From Flectonema sp. DT1601 (lineage: Eukaryota), in contig OZ025797.1 in assembly GCA_964019425.1 (NCBI GenBank), forward strand, positions 124,001 through 188,000: DNA of 64,000 nucleotides. Direction: 5' to 3'. The notes beneath the pieces were generated by a model that was given only the letters and a program-made list of their open reading frames with translations, did no database searches and was not told the origin of the DNA. Of the stretch, positions 55,993 through 64,000 are shown in pieces; position 1 is the first letter of the stretch, and each line of letters opens with the position of its first letter. A program made the translations under genes and the position numbers.

Positions 55993-58900
55993 TTATGTGA
56001 CGTCTCTTATAAAAGCAGCAAGTCCTTCAGGCCCGTCATTTAATATCGTATGGATCGCAACTGCGTAATGTTTCCTAATAAAGTCAACTGTCGGGTATGG
56101 TAGAACAGTAGCACGTTCAAGCATAGGTCCGAGGATCACTTCAGGTGACCTTCCAATTATTTCATCAGCAAACGTAATCGCCTCTGCTTCATTCCCTTCA
56201 CTGAGGAGTCGTTCAAATACAGAAGAGTACTCTAGTCTGTCCTCAATACTTAGTGACTGTTGTTGTTGTTATTGTTGTAAGGGAAATAACACGAAGGGAT
56301 TCTTTGATAATAATATGAAATAAACACAAACCTGATTGAGGCGATCGTACATCTGCGAAGGAAGATCTCCACCGCTGTAGTTACTTTTGGATATTTTAGA
56401 AAGCAAGTCGACACACGACGCAGGAGAGAAGAATCCATCACTGGTCACGCGAGGAGCAGCAATCGACTGATTTTTACGAATAGGTTTTCTGTGTGAACGA
56501 AACGCAGTGGAACTACTGGGTTCTGGATCTGCGAAGAATGAAGCCGTTAGGAGTTCATCCGATTCATGAGACGAATTGACGCTCACTTTGTCCTTCGCTA
56601 GCCAAGCGTTGATACTTACGTCATCATCTAAACCATCTGAACCCCAATCGCCAGGGGGTTTCTTGGGATTGGTTTTACCAACGGCCTTCTCTTCCATCAG
56701 CCAAGCATTAACACTTTCTTCATCTTTTAGTAGTGGTTCTTTAGATGGGCTTCGACTTTTTGATTTCTTTTTGGACTTTTCTCTACTTGATTTTAGCATC
56801 GGCGTCACTGGAGGAGGAGAGGGAGTAAGATCGACCTCCTTTGCCCATGGGTTGTTGTATGTTGTTTCACCTGTTACTTTATTCCAGTAATAAGGTTCTC
56901 CACCAGCAGACGGAACAACAGTCCAATCATCCTCTTGTTGAATAATAACAGGTTCCTTTACCGCAGGTTGATAGTTTCCATGTACTGAGTCTGGGTCGTA
57001 CAGCTGTGGCTTCGGATCGCCTAACGATCCCGATAACTCTTTCGCAGAAAACCCTTCTGTCGGTTCGGATGAAGGGTTTTTCTCAACAGGATTGAATTGA
57101 GGAACAACAGCTGCAGCGTAATAATTATTAGTAGTATGAGTAGTATGTGGTGGTGGTGGTGGTGGTGGTGGTGGATACTGACCAGGATACTGACTAGGAT
57201 GCGGACCAGGATACTGACTAGGATGCGGACCAGGATACTGACTAGGATGCGGACCAGGATACTGGCTAGGATACTGACCGGGGGTAGCATAATCTTGATG
57301 AGGGGCGGGGTTCAAAGCACGATTCCCACCCAGTACCGATAAGTCAGAGAGGTCAAGGGCTTTGTTTTGGTCGGCTTGCAATCCTAAAAGGTCAACAAAC
57401 TCTTCGAGTGAGATTCTACCTGACCCGTCTCTATCAGTTCTGTCAAATACGTCCTGGATTTCTTGTTTTGAAGCCTTGTACAGAAGGGCTGTTTTGATGA
57501 AGAATCGAAATTCCTTCTTATCGAGAGTGCCATCACCGTTTTTATCAAGACGTCCAAATTCACTTTTTAAAGCTCTCCTTTCTGGCCATGTTAGAGAAGC
57601 GATAACCTGAAGAATGTTGCCACTACCGCGACCACCAGGGGCAGCGCCTTTGGCATCACGATCGGCACGGACCTTTTTCTTGTAGCGACCAACGGATCGA
57701 CGGAGTAAGAAATTTAGTACACAGGCGACTATCATGAGGACTACCAGTCCAGCGCTTATGATGATTATGAGTGTGAAGTTATTTTCAAAGTAACCTTTCA
57801 AAACTTCTTCACAAGGAGTTACTGCCCAAGATTGAAAGTGAGTTGCTTCACAATTCTCAGGACAGTGTTTTTCGCTTTGAATTCGTTGGCAATTTTCATG
57901 GTATCCGGAACACTTCAGCGCCTCTTCAAGAGAGCAAAGCATCGCATCCTCATTCTCTGCTAGATAAATCCAAAGATCTTCTAGCCAGGATTGAGCCCAG
58001 GAATCTCTGTCAGAAACGGTGCTGTGAAATATAATAGAAAACACCAACCACGAAATTGATATCGTTAAACAAAATCCAAGTAAGATACCATTGATGGTTA
58101 GGGCACACTTTGATCGATACCACGCTCCAGTAAATCCGACAAATGCGATTACGAATAAAATAATTGCAACAGCAAGAGCACCGAATACGAGTATTTTCCC
58201 GATTGCACCGAACTTTGAATAAGACAGCAGTCCGAGAGTGACGGCTGTAGCTGCGCCACCCATACACAAGAAGGCACTGAATACCATTGTCCATCTGACA
58301 CACTCTAACCATTTCGGACGCTGCTCTTTTAAGATACACTTTGCTCTCCTTGCGTTATCACGTGCTAAACAACACCAGATCAACAGTAGTAGTAAAAGTA
58401 GTCCTCCAATACAGGCACCAACCACTCCAAATACGACTCCCTCAATGGAATCAGCGACGCGATCTAAGTCAGCTGTTTGCTGATAAATAGATGACTTGAA
58501 CTCTACAGTACAGGTTAAATTATTACTATCATCACAGTATGATGTGTGTGGAGCGTGGTCTGGTCCTGCTATGAATAGATTCGCTTCTTGTCCAGTGTTG
58601 CAGTTCCGTACTGTTGAATTCGTATAAATATTAATTTCTAAAGCTTTTACAACACGTACGGTAAATGTTGTGCTTACAGTCATTTGTGGAATTCTATCAG
58701 CAGGTAGGACCCAATCTGTGTCATCTTTTACTATTAATGTAAAGACGTGAAATCCTTCTCGTAGGTTAAGATGTTCGCTGTTTTTACCACCACCACTGCA
58801 AGGGGTACCACAAGCTCTGACTTTCATAGAAGTTGGTTGACCAGCCATTGGAGGATCTAATAACTTACCATTATAGTTCCAACTAATAATAAAGTCACCA

Positions 58901-60330
58901 AGTTTAGGAAGCCTCTTGTTAGTATATAACCAAACTAGCTTACCGGGTTCAAGGATTATGACTTCACCTTGTTGAGGGCATCTCGGGTTTGTGATTGCAA
59001 AACCGGTTTCATAAAAAGCGAGAACACCAGCTTGTCTACAAACGGGACACACTCTAGTAGCACTTAACTTGTCCATAATACAGCCATCGGCTACCTGTGA
59101 AGGCTTAAAGTAATCTGTGTAACCACAAGTTGGAACTGGTTCTTGGCTCACTATTTTGTAAGGATCACTTGATCGAAGATCAATCCATCCCTGCCATGGA
59201 ACTTTTGATTTTGTAAAGGCGCAGTTCGGAAGGATTTTTTGTTCTCCTTCAGAATTTGAATCAAAACTATATTCATCAAACAGATTGGCGTAGGCGTGAC
59301 CGACTTCGTGGAAGAACAAGGAAGCGAAGTTTGATTTTTGTTTGTCTGTCTGTCCTTCAACTAAATATCCATTGAAAAACGCAGCTTGTCTAAAAGTTGT
59401 TCCATCTGTACGCGCGTGGTAGACACCAGAGCCACCGTAAATGTTATGATTAACTAAGCTAACCACAACTACATTTGTTTTACCTAATGCCCCGCATGGG
59501 GCTGTAGATGCGAGATCTGCGACCTTTTCCATGTTACACGAAAGTAGTCGTTCTACGTCAGACTCAGGATTACCATAGCTACAAGCAAGATTATTATTTA
59601 CCTTTACTCCTAGTCTTGGAACATCAGCCCCGCTATCAACAGATGGCTGAAACACTCTAAAAATATTAAGGATACTCGCGTATCTAGCGAATGGTACAGA
59701 ATACTTAAACCCCTCTAAGGCTGATTCGGGAAGTTTCATGTAACCCAAAGCCTTGTCAGTGTCACTGAGAAAACGTTTTTCTTCACTTGCCTTATAACCA
59801 GCCGATAAGAATATTAAATTATTTTGTGTTTCAACTGGACCTGCTTGTTGCATAGTAGTATGCTTGATAGACTCATCGAGAGTGTGAATACTTCGCTTAC
59901 TTTTTGAGAATGGTGTTTTAGGCAGCCGTAATAATGAAGACTTGCCATCAGCTATGATGATCACGTGGGAGGATGTCCTTCCAACAAGGACTTCGAATAT
60001 AGCTGATGTTGTTCGATACCTTCCCTTACCATGTGGGTCAGAGTCATTCTCTGGGGCAGCAACGTGTACAAATCTAGGGTCATCTGTTGCGTGAATTATA
60101 CTGGGGTAATCATCTGTTGGATTTTCGTATTGTTTAATTATTATTCTATTCTCACCTGCGATGTCCAGAAGCGGTGGGGCAGGTGATGATAAATTTAGAT
60201 TCTGTTCCACATATTCTAAACTAACCAAGTCGCAACCTAAGCCTGTAGAAATCCTCACCGTCGCAACAGCGCTTTCCCCCTCAACTCCAAGCACCATGAG
60301 AATAACCGCAACAGCAGTAGTTAACATCAT
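55993..60330 (-). CDS. Membrane fusion protein: signal peptide, M64-like Zn metallopeptidase, TM, tetraspanin-like domain, two EF-hands, Pro/Tyr repeats, WW; two exons (60330-56332, 56256-55993)
   Basis: 'FFHEVGHAYANLFDEY', 'CIMDKLSATRVCPVC'; five TM helices; EF loops DKNGDGTLDKKE and DRDGSGRISLEE; WW 'WTVVPSAGGEPYYWNKVTGETTYNNP'. Confidence 0.85.
56257..56331 (-). other. GT-AG intron, 75 nt
   Basis: CAG|GTTTGT...AACAACAACAACAG|TCA; opens an 87-codon terminal exon ending ..AFIRDVT*. Confidence 0.8.
57181..57252 (-). repeat. Coding minisatellite, 24 bp x 3 perfect copies (PHPSQYPG)
   Basis: ACCAGGATACTGACTAGGATGCGG repeated three times, with degenerate flanking copies. Confidence 0.95.
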
Positions 60331-61447
60331 CAATCAGCGAAGTTCATTCAATTAAAAAAACACCTGTAAGAAAAATAAATATAATTCTGTTTGTGTTCTA
60401 TATCAAAAAAAAAAAACAGTTGTTTTACACCTCTACAAAAAGACATTATGGAACCTGCCAAAGAGAATTAACTTTAAATTTCTAAAAATCTAAAAATGAC
60501 GACGATAAGATAGAATAAACCCCCCTCTAAGTGATCAAAAGAACCTCGAGAGAGAGAAGAGAGAAAAATTAAAAAAAAATAGATAGTCGATGGCTTGACG
60601 TGTGTGTGTAATGATGCTGTCTAAAGTCAACATAAAAACACCACACTCAATCGTGTCATATTGCAGAACCATTTCAGCCAATTATAAGTACTTACAGGTA
60701 CAGGTCAGGTTATAGGGATCTCCTACGTGTGTCTACACTGGTGTATTCACGTTGGTTACCTGGGCCTTTACAGGAATACTGTTATTTTTTTTATCTTTTT
60801 TTTTTGTTGGGATCTTTTTTTTTATTTAAAGCAAAGAAAAAAAACAAATATGTGTATTTGCCAATTTTACTCCTTTTCCTTTTTTTTTTTTTTTCTATTT
60901 TTCTTCTTCTATGACAGATCAAAACAGTAACAGAATCCCTCACATGCTTAGTGAGCTCTAACGGAGCCCGCGAGTTGTTTGTTTTTTTTTAGATTTTTTT
61001 TTAATTATGGAACAAGCCTCTGTCAGCCAACTCTCTGCGAATAAGTCCGCACGAGAAACGTGAATGTCAAAAAAAAAAAAAAAAGAAAAAAAAATCAATA
61101 AAACAGTGTCTTTAATCACCAGATTGACTACAGACAGTCCCTGTGGTACTTTTTTTTTTTTTTTTTTTTTTCAATTGTTAAACAGCAGTTTGCTTTTTGA
61201 ACTGAACCGTGAATTGTCCATGCTGACGTTTGCTGCAAGGGAAAAAGGAAAAAAAAAAGAATAAGTTCAGCAAGTATCTCTAACCCTCTAAAAGGAAAAT
61301 GCTCAGTACCAGTTTGGTGCTAAGAATGAGATCCCGCTTAATTATTTCTAAAGGTGCCAATAATAAGTATGAATGCAAAATAAATAAATAATTTTGTACT
61401 TGTTACTGTGACTTTGCCTTTTAAACATCAAAGATTTTAAAAATGAG

Positions 61448-61479
<32 letters not shown>

Positions 61480-61881
61480 TGTAAAACCTCACCTATACTT
61501 ACATCTCTCGCTCATTGTACTCAAAATTAATACAAAAGGCGACTCTGGACTGTTTAAATCCATCTTGCTGCGCTATTTTCAGTAATTATTTTTTTTTTTA
61601 ATTTCACGTATGTTCTTTTTCCCCGATTCCAAAAATGCTTTTTTTTTTTTTTTCTTTTTCCAAATAAACCATTTCCTTGTGTTATCGAAACATCATTACA
61701 AGTATCCTGCATTTCTCAGTCCTTACTGTACATACATGACCTGGTGCTCAGCCCTAGGTGTGGTTATTATTGGGGAAGTTCTTGTGGTGTGTGTGCGGGA
61801 AGGAGTTAGTGCACCGTAATTGTTATTTCTCTGCTTCGGATGACTTCTTTTTTTTTTTTATTATTTTTAATTCATTATATA

Positions 61882-62661
61882 TCAGTCATTCCTTTTTTTT
61901 GCGAACAAAAAACACCATTTTCTCACCGCCTGAGCAAGGTTACACGATATGTTACTTTTGCTCGATTTTTTTATTTTTTGGAATCGGGGAGGGTGCGATC
62001 TGTAAAATTAGGCATAGGGATATACTTTTAAACATGGTAAGTGCTGCTAAAAAGAGATAAACGTCTCTTTGAAAGATTTCCTTGGTACTACTCAATGATA
62101 AATATTAATCCCAGACCTGGAATGGAAAGATCGAGAAAATCTGAGTAAAAAACACCCCTAATTTTTTTTTTTTACTAATTTTTTTTCCTTCTCCCGAACT
62201 CAGGAGATATGCACCTTTTTGCTAACTAATCAACCCTAGTAGCAATTATGTAAGGAAAATGTTGCATCTATATAAAGAAAGTGTTTTCATTAAGTATCAA
62301 AGTAGGTCCAAAAAGACAGGTAGTAACAATCTGCCTCACCGGCACATGCTGAGTACTCTTTAATATATTTTTGCTCGATTATTTTTTCTCTGAATCCCGC
62401 TGGGTCAGCAGTGTAAAATTAGACCCTTCGATTAATTTTTAGTTTTGGTACTTGTCCACGGCTGAGCTGATTTAGTAAACCACAAAATCTCTTTTCTCAA
62501 TTCGGGAGACAAGTATGTGATGCCAACCTCCCGATTTCGGACGGAAATGAACCGAACGATGCAGCGCATTAAAATGCCGCTTCGATCGAAATTTTTACAA
62601 TTTTTTTTTGAAAAAATTTTTCAGTGTCCAGAATCTGTTCGCAAAAAAAAGGAATGACTGA
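61882..62661. mobile_element. Non-autonomous TIR DNA transposon (MITE), Tc1/mariner-type
   Basis: Perfect 26-bp terminal inverted repeats TCAGTCATTCCTTTTTTTTGCGAACA (61882-61907 and 62636-62661); TA on both flanks; no long ORF inside. Confidence 0.85.
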
Positions 62662-63151
62662 TATATATATTTTTTTTTTATTTCTAACCCTTTTTACAAT
62701 AAACAAATTGGATACTCAAAGAGAGTAACAACTCACCCACACACAATCTAATTATCTTCTTACAGTCGATCCGATCTGGTACTCAGCCCAGATTGGATTC
62801 GGTGTGCGCATTTAGAAGGGAGATCGCGCACTTTTAACAGTTTTTCCAACAGAGGTAACCTCAGGAATCCCAAACAGAATAGAAGGAAATATAATCCCAT
62901 CTCCATACACGAGGATGAAGCACTGATCACATGTTTCAGCTGAACTCCGGATCTAAGTCCGAACACGCTTACATTAAAAAGAAAGTAGTAAAGAGCCATC
63001 CAGCAAGCTTAAAAAAAAAAAATTTAATACATTTAGCTACCGCAAGAAGGTTTTTTTTTTTTTTTAATATGTAAAAAAAAAAGAATAAAATAAAAAAAAA
63101 CTCTATAAGCATTTTTGTTTGCACAAAAAGAAATTGTTTTAAGCCGCATGG

Positions 63152-63186
<35 letters not shown>

Positions 63187-64000
63187 CATCGACACATAGG
63201 GTCCTCCGGGAGCTGGAATAACGGAGAACAAGTAAAGTAATTGCGCGCAATCTATAAAGTTTTTTTTTCTTAAAAGCTTATTGTAAAGTACAGAAAAAAA
63301 AGCTAAGACTGAATCCCACTCGCAACCCTTTTTTTTTTTTAAATTCGTACAAGTTATTTTTAACCAAAGTAAACAAGAAAAAAATGAGGGTCAACTTGAT
63401 ACTGTAATTAAATATAAAGCTACCGGGAAAAGCCCAGAAACAAAACCCCCTTTTTTAAAAAAAGAAAAGAAAAGCCCAGCCGCAGGGAATCTTCGTGAGG
63501 CACGAAAACTAGTTCGATGTGACGACTCTTTCATACGGAAATGATAAAAAAATTTTAAAAAAAAAAACGAAATTGCACAGAAATTTAAAAAAAAAGGGGG
63601 AACGGGAAAAAAAAAAAAAAAAAAAAACCCCTGTCCTTTAAAACCCTTTTTAATCATCTCAAACAAGACGAAAAATAATTAAAAAAAAAATTATTTCTGA
63701 TGATTAGTTTCTCTTTACTTGTAGCACATATCAACAACTGATTTACACGCGAGAAAAAGCCATCGCCGCTTTCAATTAGTTGGAGTAGTGTTATCATTCA
63801 TCGAGTTCATAAATAAAATAAAAAAAACGAGAAAACACTATTTTCATTCTTTCTCACGCTCTCTCTTATTTTTTATTTTTTTTTTTCCCCCTTCTCTGTT
63901 ATGACGAGGTCACAGCTGTGAAGCAAGCTATGGTTAACATATGCTGAACACGCTCAAACGAATGATCAATTCAGCAGCACTAAGGACGTGTGTCCCCTCG

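Noticed and set aside
62944..62967. Translation TPDLSPNT, reminiscent of the Tc1 SPDLNPIE motif
   Set aside because: Preceded by a stop, outside the TIRs, no other transposase motifs
63284..63296. TTTCTGTACTTTA on the minus strand, resembling a euglenozoan spliced-leader 3' end
   Set aside because: Short match within T-rich sequence; the rest of the exon and the GT donor are absent

Overview
AT-rich eukaryotic DNA with long poly-A/poly-T tracts between genes. About 22 protein-coding genes run head-to-tail, all on the minus strand, from ~60.3 kb to the left edge. They carry sparse, short GT-AG introns (mostly 62-75 nt) and pyrimidine-rich AG sites just upstream of start codons. This layout suggests a polycistronic, trans-splicing euglenozoan, most plausibly a diplonemid (inference; no search was run). 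Recognisable products: RNase D-type exonuclease, EngB-like GTPase, cNMP-binding protein, helical-repeat protein, STE11-like MAP3K, TSNAXIP1-like protein, SpoU-like protein, Pol III subunit RPC82/POLR3C, prolyl 4-hydroxylase, EamA transporter, multi-RRM protein and RNF123/KPC1. There is also a plus-strand tRNA-Arg(CCU) and a 780-bp TA-flanked MITE. Most notable: (1) a single-chain fusion of M64-like metallopeptidase, tetraspanin, EF-hand pair and WW domain; (2) A/C-rich cis-intron acceptors contrasting with U-rich putative trans-splice acceptors; (3) a three-copy structured, A-tailed dispersed repeat; (4) a protein with seven unrecognised ~70-aa repeats.
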